This document shows positions 1 through 8,065 of a stretch of 21,118 nucleotides of DNA, piece by piece. The DNA comes from Chlamydiota bacterium (GTDB lineage: Bacteria; Auribacterota; Tritonobacteria; UBA1439). Numbering within the stretch: position 1 is the first letter of the stretch; every line of letters starts with the position of its first letter. Location of the stretch: positions 1-21,118 of the forward strand of contig JBAXOY010000048.1 in NCBI GenBank assembly GCA_037133055.1. Reading direction: 5' to 3'. The notes under the pieces were generated by a model, which made no database searches, was not told where the DNA came from, and saw only the letters and a list, made by a program, of their open reading frames with translations. The position numbers and the translations under genes were made by a program.

Positions 1-1318
1 TCGAGTGGTACGTCCCGTCGGGACCCTGGATGACGGCCCACGCGTCGAAGCGCTGGGCGAGCGGCTGGACCGCGACGTCGATGGTCCACGGGCTCCCCGC
101 CGCCGGGAAGATGGTGCTCAGCGTCACCCGGAGCGGCGGCGTCGGGATGACGTACGAGAACACGACGCCCTTGCCCTGCGTGCCGCCCACCGGGGTGTTG
201 CAGTAGAACGTGCCGTTCACGACGAGCGGGAATCCCGTCGGGCGGGATCCGGCGCCCAGGACGAGGCCGTCGAAGGTGCGGAGGACGGTGTACCCCGTGC
301 CGTCGGTGTTGATCGTGAAGATGGTGCCGGGGCCGGGGATCGCTGCGCCCCCGCCGGAAAACGTCGTCCCGTAGAGCCGGTCCTCGACGCGGACAAGCCC
401 CGACTGCGGGGCGCCGCCGTTCGTCAAATCGAAGTCGTGGAGGACGCGGAAGTTCGAGCCGTTCCCGTCGGAGGCGAAGATGGTGCCCCCGCCGTAATAG
501 GCCAGGATGCCGGAGGTGGCGGTTCCGCCGACCATGCTCATGCCGTAGAGCTGTGTCCCGTCCGAGACGAACGCGCCGGCAGGATCCGCGCCGTCGCTGA
601 ACGAGAAATTGTGCAGGGTCGTGTAGGCGCTCCCGCCCGTCGCCATCGAGAAGAGAGTCCCCGCTTCCGCGAGGTATGTCCCCCCCTCGGAGGCCGCTCC
701 GTACAGGGTTCCGTTCTCGAGGAAGAGGGTGCCGCGCGGCTTTTCCCCGTCGAGCGGGGAGCCGGCGAAATTGTGGATGACGGCATAGGCCGTGCCGTCC
801 GTCCGAAAGGAGTACGCGGTGCCGTGGTTGGTGAGGCCGCCGCTTTCGGTTATGCCGTAGAGCACGCCGCCGGAAAGGACCAGGGGGCCCTGGGGGCTCT
901 CCCCGTCGGGGACCCCGGTAAAGCTGCGAAGGACAGCATAATCCGTGCCGTCGGTCCTGATTGTGTAGAGAGTCCCTTTGCCGGCGGCGCCGCCGTCCAC
1001 GGTCGTGCCGTAGAGCACGCCGCCATCGAGGACTGGCGGGAGGCTCGGGCCTATTCCGTCAGGGGCGGGGCCGAATGAGCGGAGTATCGTGAACCCGGTC
1101 CCGTCCATGTTCATCGAGTAAAGAGTTCCCCTGTCGTTGGCGCCCCCGCGGTTGGTGGTGCCGTAGAATTTGGCTCCGTCGGTGATCAGGCCGCCGAAAG
1201 ACTCAGCGCCGTCGGCCGGGCCGCCGGCGAAGTTGTGGAGAACCGTGTAGGTCTGCGCCGATGCGCCCGCCGCCGCAAGGCACATCGCGACCGCCGCTGT
1301 GATACTTCGTGCGCGCAT
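1..1318 (-). CDS. Secreted Gloeo/Verruco (GloVer, choice-of-anchor) tandem-repeat beta-propeller protein; 3' end runs off the window
   Basis: Manual translation from ATG at 1318 (AGGAGG SD at 1324-1329) is open to the edge for 439 codons. It has a signal peptide MRARSITAAVAMCLAAAGASA|QTY, then 7 repeats like LYGTTxxGG..GT(L/I)(Y/F)xxxxDGTxYxVL(H/R)xF, then a PTPP linker and the start of a beta-rich domain. It is absent from the ORF track, probably because its stop lies outside the window. Confidence 0.9.
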   Translation of the reverse strand, partial: MRARSITAAVAMCLAAAGASAQTYTVLHNFAGGPADGAESFGGLITDGAKFYGTTNRGGANDRGTLYSMNMDGTGFTILRSFGPAPDGIGPSLPPVLDGGVLYGTTVDGGAAGKGTLYTIRTDGTDYAVLRSFTGVPDGESPQGPLVLSGGVLYGITESGGLTNHGTAYSFRTDGTAYAVIHNFAGSPLDGEKPRGTLFLENGTLYGAASEGGTYLAEAGTLFSMATGGSAYTTLHNFSFSDGADPAGAFVSDGTQLYGMSMVGGTATSGILAYYGGGTIFASDGNGSNFRVLHDFDLTNGGAPQSGLVRVEDRLYGTTFSGGGAAIPGPGTIFTINTDGTGYTVLRTFDGLVLGAGSRPTGFPLVVNGTFYCNTPVGGTQGKGVVFSYVIPTPPLRVTLSTIFPAAGSPWTIDVAVQPLAQRFDAWAVIQGPDGTYHS

Positions 1319-1358
1319 GGAAACCTCCTGTCTGCAGCCCGCTGAATGCCGCTGCCTC

Positions 1359-1400
1359 ATGTTAGCAGGTCGGCGGGGGCAGGTCAAAATAAAATAAAAT
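1359..1400 (-). promoter_or_regulatory. sigma70-type promoter for the repeat-protein gene
   Basis: On the minus strand: TTGACC (1382-1387), 17-bp spacer, TGC-TAACAT extended -10 (hexamer 1359-1364). An A/T-only UP-like tract lies at 1388-1400. Confidence 0.65.
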
Positions 1401-1430
1401 TTCACCACGGAGCGCACGGAGAACCCGGGG
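1400..1430 (+). repeat. CACGGAG 9-bp-period repeat (TTTCACCACGGAG-CGCACGGAG-AACCCGGGG)
   Basis: Shares the 13-nt head TTTCACCACGGAG and the unit CGCACGGAG with the minus-strand copy at 16911-16951. Confidence 0.7.
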
Positions 1431-1439
1431 ATAAAACCA

Positions 1440-1448
1440 TGCTATAAT
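1440..1448 (+). promoter_or_regulatory. Extended -10 promoter element, probably giving a leaderless mRNA for the sulfatase-TPR gene
   Basis: TG-C-TATAAT at 1440-1448, 8 nt before ATG 1457. No SD sequence in between. Confidence 0.6.
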
Positions 1449-1456
1449 GGCCGCCG

Positions 1457-3514
1457 ATGAAGAAATGGACGGCGCTCGTCATCGTCGCGGTCGTTGCGGC
1501 CGTCGCGGGGGCATGGCTCTGGCGCACGCTTCACCGCGGGCCGAACGTCCTCCTCATCACCCTCGACACGACCCGGTCCGACCGCCTCGGGTGCTACGGC
1601 TACGCGGGCGGATCCACCCCCGCGCTCGACTCCCTCGCCGCGGACGGCGTGAGGTTCACCCGCGCCCGCTGCAACGTCCCGCTCACGCTCCCCTCCCTCA
1701 CGACGATGATGACGGGCCTTTACCCGCCGGAGCACGGCTGCCGGGTGAACGGAACGCACGCCCTGGCGAAGGAGATTCCCACGTTCGCGGAGGCGTTCGC
1801 CGCGCGCGGTTACCGGACCGCCGCGTTCGTCGCGGCGTTCGTGCTCGACAGGCGCTTCGGGCTCGACCGCGGGTTCGGGACCTATGACCAGTACGAGGTC
1901 CCGGACGAGCGGGAGGTGCAGGCCGGGACCGTGATGTACCGCTACCGGAGGGGGGACAAGGTCGCCGACGCGGCGCTCGCGTGGCTCGGGAAGAACTCGG
2001 GCAGGCCGTTCTTCTGCTGGGTCCATTTCTTCGATCCGCACCGTCCGTACTACGTCCCGAAAGAGGTCCGCGACATCGGGAAGGCGTACGACCTCGAGGT
2101 CTCGTTCATGGACCGGCAGGTGGGGCGCATACTGGAATACCTTGAATCGAGGAACCTCCGCGGCCGCACCATCGTGATCGCCATGGGCGACCACGGGGAG
2201 GGGCTCGGCGACCACGGCGAGGAGGAGCACGGCCTGCTCCTCTACGACTCCGTCATGCGGGTGCCGCTGATCGTGTCGCGCCCCGGGCGCTTTCCCCCCG
2301 GCCTGCGCTCCGACGCGCTGGTCTCATCGGTGGACCTGCTCCCGACGGTGTTCGATCTCCTCGGGTGGAAGCCTGCGGGCCGCGTGAGCGGAAGGAGCTT
2401 CGCCCCGGCGCTCGCGGGAAAGCCGGCGGAGGGCGCGCCGTGCTACGGCGAAACGGAGTTTCCGCTCACCGAATACGGCTGGAGCCCCCTCAGGAGTCTG
2501 ACGCGCCCCGGGTGGAAATACATCGACGCGCCGCGGGAGGAGCTCTACGACCTCGAAAAGGACCCGGGGGAGGATGCGAACCTCTTCGCGAAGGATGGTG
2601 CGCGCGCGAAGGAAATGGAGGCGCGCCTCGCGCTCGTCGAGAAGGGGATGACGAAGGCGGAGGCGTCGAAGGTCGCGACGGACGAGGCGGGGCGCAGGGC
2701 GCTCGAAAGCCTCGGCTATCTCGGAGGGGTATCGGCCGCGCCTGCGGGGGAGGGGACGGCGCTCCGGGATCCGAAGGACGCGGTCTGGATGCGGGTCGAG
2801 TTCATCAGGGCCGCGGACATGCGGGAGCGCGGGGACGCGGCCGGGGCGGACGGGATTTTGCGCCGGCTCATCGGGGAAAGCCCCGAGAGCTACGCCTTCC
2901 GCTACGCGCTCGGGAAAACGCTTTTCGAGCGGGGCCTCTACGCCGAGGCGCTCCCGGAGTTCGAGGAGATGGCGCGGAGGACGCTCGGGGATTTCCGTGC
3001 GCACTACAACCTCGGGAAGACGCTCATCAAGCTCGGCCGCTACGACCGCGCGATCGGGGAGCTCAAGGCCGCCGTGACGCTCGACGGCTCGGTGAAGGAC
3101 GGCTACAACAACCTCGGCCTCGCCCTCCTAGGGGCGGGGAGGGCGGACGAGGCGATCGCGGTGTTCAAACAATCCATCGCGCTCGACCCGAAGCAGACGG
3201 ACCCTCACAACAACATGGGAAACGCCCTCCTCGCGCTCGGGCGCCTCGACGAGGCGGGGGAGGAGTTCGGGAAGGCGGCGGAGGCCGACCCGGGCTTTTT
3301 CGAGGGGCGCTACAATATCGGGCTCGTGCGCATGCGGCAGGGGCGATACGAGGAGGCGGCGGACGCGTTCGGCCGGGCTTCGGTGTTGAGGCCCGGTTTC
3401 GCGGAGGCGCACCGGAACCTGGGGCTCGCGCTGACCCGGCTCGGGAAGGTCCGGGAGGGGCTGCAGGAAATCGCCCTCGCCGACCGGCTTTCCCGCGGGC
3501 AGGGCGGGAACTGA
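1457..3514 (+). CDS. Sulfatase-like (alkaline phosphatase superfamily) hydrolase/transferase with N-terminal membrane anchor and C-terminal TPR array
   Basis: 685 aa. N-terminal TM helix; PNVLLITLDTTRSD; PLTLPSLTTMMTGLYP; HFFDPH; GDHGE; ELYDL..DPGE; ALESLGYL; about 6-7 TPR units (AHYNLG, GYNNLG, PHNNMG, GRYNIG, AHRNLG). Confidence 0.9.
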   Translation: MKKWTALVIVAVVAAVAGAWLWRTLHRGPNVLLITLDTTRSDRLGCYGYAGGSTPALDSLAADGVRFTRARCNVPLTLPSLTTMMTGLYPPEHGCRVNGTHALAKEIPTFAEAFAARGYRTAAFVAAFVLDRRFGLDRGFGTYDQYEVPDEREVQAGTVMYRYRRGDKVADAALAWLGKNSGRPFFCWVHFFDPHRPYYVPKEVRDIGKAYDLEVSFMDRQVGRILEYLESRNLRGRTIVIAMGDHGEGLGDHGEEEHGLLLYDSVMRVPLIVSRPGRFPPGLRSDALVSSVDLLPTVFDLLGWKPAGRVSGRSFAPALAGKPAEGAPCYGETEFPLTEYGWSPLRSLTRPGWKYIDAPREELYDLEKDPGEDANLFAKDGARAKEMEARLALVEKGMTKAEASKVATDEAGRRALESLGYLGGVSAAPAGEGTALRDPKDAVWMRVEFIRAADMRERGDAAGADGILRRLIGESPESYAFRYALGKTLFERGLYAEALPEFEEMARRTLGDFRAHYNLGKTLIKLGRYDRAIGELKAAVTLDGSVKDGYNNLGLALLGAGRADEAIAVFKQSIALDPKQTDPHNNMGNALLALGRLDEAGEEFGKAAEADPGFFEGRYNIGLVRMRQGRYEEAADAFGRASVLRPGFAEAHRNLGLALTRLGKVREGLQEIALADRLSRGQGGN

Positions 3515-3542
3515 TTCCCTCCCCCGCCCCGACAACCGCCGG

Positions 3543-4505
3543 TCAGTCCCGGGCCCGTTCCGCGACGAATCCCGCGAGGGCGCGGAGCGCGGACCGCGCG
3601 GGCGAGTCCGGGAGCGGCGAGAGCTCGGACGCGGCTGACTCGATCGTCGCCGCGGCGTCCCGCATGCACGCCTCGACCGCGCCCGACATGAGTATCTCCC
3701 CCCTGCACGACGCCACATTCCCCTCGCGGAACGCGAGGGCGAGGTCTTCGCGGCGCCCGCCCGTGAGCGCGGCAAGCGCCCTGATGAGCGGAAGGGTCAC
3801 GCGGCCGCCCTCGAGGTCCTTGAGCCGGTCCTTGTCGTTTCCCGTTCCCGCGACGTCCGCGCAGTCGTCCGCGATCTGGAATGCGATGCCGAAGCCTCGG
3901 CCGAACCGCTCGAGCCGTTCCACGATGGGCGAACGGGCGCCTGCGAGTTCCGCCCCCTGGCGGCAGCACGCGGCGAAGAGCGAGGCCGTCTTCTTCGACG
4001 CCATCTCGCGGTACTCCGCCTCGGTCATCGAGATGTCGAACCGGCGGCGGAGCTGGGAGAGTTCCCCCTCGCACACCTCCCGCGTCGTGCGAACCATGGC
4101 GGGGAGGAGCCCCGCGCCGTCGCCGCCCGCGAGGAGTTCGAAGGCGCGCGCGAGGAGATAGTCGCCGTAGAGGACGGCCACGCTGTTGCCCCACGAGGCG
4201 TTGAGGGTCGCCCGCCCGCGCCGCACGGCGGCGGCGTCGATGACGTCGTCGTGGGCGAGGGTCGCCATGTGGATGAGCTCGGCCGCGGCGGCGAGGGAGA
4301 GGTGGGCGCCGCGGATTCCGCCGCACGCCGCGCCGGCGAGGAGCGCGAGCGCGGGGCGGATGCGCTTCGCCCCGCCCTCGAGGCTCCGGCGCTCGATCTC
4401 TCCTATCCGCTCCTCCGCCGAGGAGAGGCAGCCGCGGATGATCTCCTCGACCCGCGCGAGCGTGTCCGCCACGGGGAGAAGGAGATCGCGGATCGTGGCG
4501 GTCAT
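3543..4505 (-). CDS. Trans-polyprenyl diphosphate synthase, probably long-chain (IspB/HepT-like)
   Basis: GAKRIRP; ELIHMATLAHDDVID..RRG (first Asp-rich motif); GDYL; KKTASLF; FQIADDCAD (second motif). Ala at -5 from the first motif suggests a long-chain product. Start moved to ATG 4505, which overlaps the upstream TGA (ATGA); 320 aa. Confidence 0.9.
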   Translation of the reverse strand: MTATIRDLLLPVADTLARVEEIIRGCLSSAEERIGEIERRSLEGGAKRIRPALALLAGAACGGIRGAHLSLAAAAELIHMATLAHDDVIDAAAVRRGRATLNASWGNSVAVLYGDYLLARAFELLAGGDGAGLLPAMVRTTREVCEGELSQLRRRFDISMTEAEYREMASKKTASLFAACCRQGAELAGARSPIVERLERFGRGFGIAFQIADDCADVAGTGNDKDRLKDLEGGRVTLPLIRALAALTGGRREDLALAFREGNVASCRGEILMSGAVEACMRDAAATIESAASELSPLPDSPARSALRALAGFVAERARD

Positions 4506-5488
4506 TCGACCAGCTTCAGGTCGGAGCCGGTTTTCATCTTCGTCACGGTGGAGAGTTTCGCCTCCGCTCCGGTATTCGCCATCTTCATCGTCATTGTGAC
4601 GTCCTGATCCGTGTCGAGGTGCATCTCGACGAGGCACCCCTTCCGGAGGTCGAAGAAGATGGTCCCGGCGTTGGTCTGTTTCAGGCGGTCGAAGACCGTC
4701 TTCATCCGGAGGTTTTGCGCCGCGGGCCCCGGGGGATTGATCGCCACGTCCTTCATGTCCATCTCGCCGCGGAGCGTGATCTCGGCGCAGTTCCTGCCGC
4801 CCCGGGTGACCAGCCTCGCGAGCGTGTAGCGGATATCGAGCGTGAGCGACCCGGCGCCCGCAGCCTTGCCGCCCATCGCCTCCCCGAGAGAGATGCTGCG
4901 CTTCTCATCCCAGGAATGGCCCACGGTGACGGGGCCTTCCGGCAGGAGGAACTGTCCCTGCTTGAGGAAGATGTTCAGGTCCATCTGGGGGAGGATCGTT
5001 CCGGCGCCGCCCGGCTGGGTCACGGAGAGCACCGTGCCCCGCTTGTCCACCGTGAACGCCATCGGCTTCGCGAAGAACGTCTTCAGGCCGTCGAGCCCCG
5101 GGGCGTCCTTCGACACCGTCTCTCCCTGGATGATCCGCGCGCCCTTTTCGTCCGCTTCGATGCGCACCGTGAACGCGCCGCTCTCGTTGATGGAGCTGAA
5201 CCGATCGAAGAACGCCTCCACCTCGGCGGTACCCTGGGCGTCCACGCTCTTGACGACGGTCTTGTAGGCGAGCTCCATGTCCATCTTGATGGGCATCTCC
5301 GACTTCGCGGCATGGCCTGGAAGCCCCGTCATCGAGGTCGTGCCGGTGCCCCTCGTGACGAGGCGGTATTTGAGCTCCTCCCCATTGGTGTAGCGGTTCT
5401 CGATCACCACCGTTTTCCGCGCGCACGCCGCCGCGCATGCCAGCGCCGCGCACGCCAGGAACAGGACCGCGGATCTTCCCGCCTTCAT
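4502..5488 (-). CDS. Putative lipoprotein / exported beta-rich protein (possibly DUF6263-like)
   Basis: ATG 5488 with AAGGAGG SD at 5494-5500. MKAGRSAVLFLACAALACAAAC is a lipoprotein-like signal. Mature part has alternating beta-strand patterns; 328 aa. Family guess is tentative. Confidence 0.75.
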   Translation of the reverse strand: MKAGRSAVLFLACAALACAAACARKTVVIENRYTNGEELKYRLVTRGTGTTSMTGLPGHAAKSEMPIKMDMELAYKTVVKSVDAQGTAEVEAFFDRFSSINESGAFTVRIEADEKGARIIQGETVSKDAPGLDGLKTFFAKPMAFTVDKRGTVLSVTQPGGAGTILPQMDLNIFLKQGQFLLPEGPVTVGHSWDEKRSISLGEAMGGKAAGAGSLTLDIRYTLARLVTRGGRNCAEITLRGEMDMKDVAINPPGPAAQNLRMKTVFDRLKQTNAGTIFFDLRKGCLVEMHLDTDQDVTMTMKMANTGAEAKLSTVTKMKTGSDLKLVE

Positions 5489-5526
5489 GGACGCCTCCTT
5501 GTGAAGGGAATTGCAGTCACCGCCGT

Positions 5527-5537
5527 ATGGTACCACA
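5527..5537 (-). promoter_or_regulatory. Possible extended -10 element for the lipoprotein and prenyl synthase pair
   Basis: TGTGG-TACCAT on the minus strand in the 66-nt spacer. No well-spaced -35. Confidence 0.3.
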
Positions 5538-5554
5538 CCGGGACGCGGGCGAGG

Positions 5555-8065
5555 TCAGGAATCGCGGGGGGCGCGGGCGACCTCGACGCGGTCGATGCAG
5601 ATGCCGAGGTCGCGCGGTTCGAGGAACTCCTGGGGGGGGGCCCTGTGGACGGGCGATCGGATCTCGAGCGATGCGCGGGACTTACCCGGCGGCAGCGCCG
5701 CCGCGGGGACGGTGAACCGGCAGTCTCCCATCGAGGGGCTGACTGAGACTGTCGCGATCTCCCTGCCCTCGACGGAAACCCTGACCGGCACGCTCCCGAC
5801 CCCGGCACGCTGCATCGCCGGGGCCGCGGCCCGGAGCGTCACCGCGAGATTCCCGCGCGACCCGAGCGTGGGGATGGCGAGCGCGGCGTCTCCGGCAGTC
5901 CATCTCGCCCAGCGCCGCATCGGTTTCCCGCCTTCCGTTTCCCATCGCATCACCGGCCCGTAGAACCCGCGGAGGAGAGGGAACGCGTCCTCCCCGATTT
6001 CGATGACGCGGCCCGACGCGCCTCCCTCGGGGCAATCGCCGAGCGGCTCCACGCGGAAGACCCGCGCAATGATCTCGATCGGGATCCGTTTCTTCGGGAA
6101 GGCGCCCACGCGGTACTCGAGGTGGTCGGTCGTGAGCGGGACGGACCGGACGGGGACAAAACTGAGGGCGGGGGAGATCGGCCATCCGCCGCGCGAAATA
6201 TAGTAGACGCGCCGCCCTGCCTCCAGCCAGCGCCGCATCACTCCCTCGACCGCCCGGCATTTTTCCGGGGTCTGTCCGGAGAGCTGGAGAATATCGAGGC
6301 CGTACACGCAGTCGAGCGGGGCCGCCATGCCGCTCCCCTCGCAGACATACATTCCGCCGCGATCGAGGGGGGCGGCCAGCCGCGCGAGGAACTCCACCGT
6401 CCCGGCGTAGTCGGTCGGCATGACGCGGCGCGTGTAGCCGAACTGCATGCAGGCGATGAGGACGAGGGCCGCGCCCGCCGCGGCTACCCTCCCGGCCTTC
6501 CCGCGTTCGGCGAGGCGGGCCAGCGGGTACGCCATGAAGAAGACGAGCGCGGGGAAGGCGAGCGGGATGTAGCGCCTGACGGCCCACAGGTACGACGGGA
6601 AGATCAGCTTCCGGGTCACGAAGAACGCGCAGACCGGAACGGCGACCATGAAGAATACGCCGCGCTTCCCGTCGAGCCCCTCCCGAATGAACAGGATCAT
6701 CCCGGCGAGGGCGAGGAGGAGGCCGAGGGGCATGTGCCACCGGCCCGCCGAGAACGGGTAGACGAGCCAGCCGAGCTCGCGGAGGTTCCGCGCGTCGGCC
6801 CCGCCGCCGAGGTGCGGCCGGAAATGATAGGCGTACAGGGAGAGCGCGGAGAGCGCGGCAATGAGCGCCCACCGGAACAGGCGCGAGACTGCGAGGCGCG
6901 ATGCCCGCCCCCAGACGGCGCGCAGGGCGCCGAGAAACGCCAGGAATCCTCCCCCCGCGGCCGCGAGGCGGAGGGGGGTGAGGCCGTACGAGCGGAGGAC
7001 CTCCGCCTGGCGCTCGAAATAGGGGCGGCAGACGGTCATGTCCTGGATGAGCAGGTGCGCGATCCCGAGCAGGAGCGGGACGAGGAACGCGGCCGCCGCG
7101 CGGCGGCTCCTGAAGAAGAAGAGCGCGATAAGCAGCGCGGGGAGGAGGATCGCGGCCGTGAAGATCGCGAGGAGCGCCTCGGCGAAACAGACCCCCGCGA
7201 GGAGCGCCCACCCCGCGCGGTCCTCGTCGAGCGCGCGGAACAGGCAGAAGAGGCCGGACCAGAGGCAGAGCTGCGCGGCGATCTCGGCGGTGGGGAAGCG
7301 GACGCACCAGATCTCCGCGGCGCTCCACGCGAGAAAAAGGGCGGCGAGCGAAGCGCCTCTTCCCCCCGCGAGCTCGCGGACGGCGAGGGCGAACGCGGCG
7401 AGGGCGAGAAGGCCGAGCGCGGGGTTCACCCACAGCGAGAGGCGGAGCCCGCCGAGCGCGTGGAAGAGGGCGATCCAGACCGTGTAGAGGTGATAGAAAT
7501 GGGGCGAGACGATCGCGCGGTCATGGTCGCCGATCGACATGCCTCCCTCGTACCGCTGCGGGATCAGGTGCGTGAAGTAGAACAGGGACCGGTCGCCGGG
7601 GGGGAGCGCCTCGAGGACCGGGTCGCGGTAGGCGATGGCGCCGCGGCGGGCGAGCCGCGCGCCGGTGTTCACGTAGGTCCCGGGGTCCCAGTTCCCGAGC
7701 GCGTACTCGTAGGGGGGAGAGTAGAGAGCGGCCGCGAGCAGGGCGAAGAGTCCGGCCCACGCGAGGCCTTTGCCGCCGGCGCGCGGCATGCCCCAGGCGC
7801 TTCCGCGCGACGCGAGGATCAGCGCGAGCGAAAGAACGGCGAGCGCGATGACGACCGCGCGGAGCGAGAAGACGGAGAGCTCCGCGAGGGCGAGCCCGAT
7901 CCACGATGCGGCGAGGACGCTCGCGAGCACGGCGATGAAAAGCCACTCGCGGAAATCCCGCGGGAGCGGCCCCCGCCCGCGCGCGGAGACGAGGCGGAGA
8001 AACAGCGCGCCGGGCAGGAAGAAGAGGAAGAGCGGCGCGAGGATGCGGAAGAGCGCTAGAGCCAT
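5555..8065 (-). CDS. Polytopic membrane protein, GT-C (ArnT/PMT-like) glycosyltransferase candidate, paralog A
   Basis: 836 aa with many TM helices. First-loop motif WDPGTY, then SPHFYHLYTVW, RFPTAE, WAVRRYIP, and a soluble C-terminal beta domain (RWARWT...LGICIDRV). Confidence 0.75.
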   Translation of the reverse strand: MALALFRILAPLFLFFLPGALFLRLVSARGRGPLPRDFREWLFIAVLASVLAASWIGLALAELSVFSLRAVVIALAVLSLALILASRGSAWGMPRAGGKGLAWAGLFALLAAALYSPPYEYALGNWDPGTYVNTGARLARRGAIAYRDPVLEALPPGDRSLFYFTHLIPQRYEGGMSIGDHDRAIVSPHFYHLYTVWIALFHALGGLRLSLWVNPALGLLALAAFALAVRELAGGRGASLAALFLAWSAAEIWCVRFPTAEIAAQLCLWSGLFCLFRALDEDRAGWALLAGVCFAEALLAIFTAAILLPALLIALFFFRSRRAAAAFLVPLLLGIAHLLIQDMTVCRPYFERQAEVLRSYGLTPLRLAAAGGGFLAFLGALRAVWGRASRLAVSRLFRWALIAALSALSLYAYHFRPHLGGGADARNLRELGWLVYPFSAGRWHMPLGLLLALAGMILFIREGLDGKRGVFFMVAVPVCAFFVTRKLIFPSYLWAVRRYIPLAFPALVFFMAYPLARLAERGKAGRVAAAGAALVLIACMQFGYTRRVMPTDYAGTVEFLARLAAPLDRGGMYVCEGSGMAAPLDCVYGLDILQLSGQTPEKCRAVEGVMRRWLEAGRRVYYISRGGWPISPALSFVPVRSVPLTTDHLEYRVGAFPKKRIPIEIIARVFRVEPLGDCPEGGASGRVIEIGEDAFPLLRGFYGPVMRWETEGGKPMRRWARWTAGDAALAIPTLGSRGNLAVTLRAAAPAMQRAGVGSVPVRVSVEGREIATVSVSPSMGDCRFTVPAAALPPGKSRASLEIRSPVHRAPPQEFLEPRDLGICIDRVEVARAPRDS

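Noticed and set aside
5..1078. 357-aa plus-strand ORF
   Set aside because: It is the codon-aligned antisense shadow of the real minus-strand repeat protein (1-1318), and it has no motifs.
3515..3542. Expected bidirectional terminator between convergent genes
   Set aside because: The 28-nt gap has no convincing stem plus U-tract.
2365..4161. 598-aa plus-strand ORF and other Arg/Gly/Pro-rich overlapping ORFs
   Set aside because: These are off-frame products of high-GC coding DNA that overlap well-supported genes.
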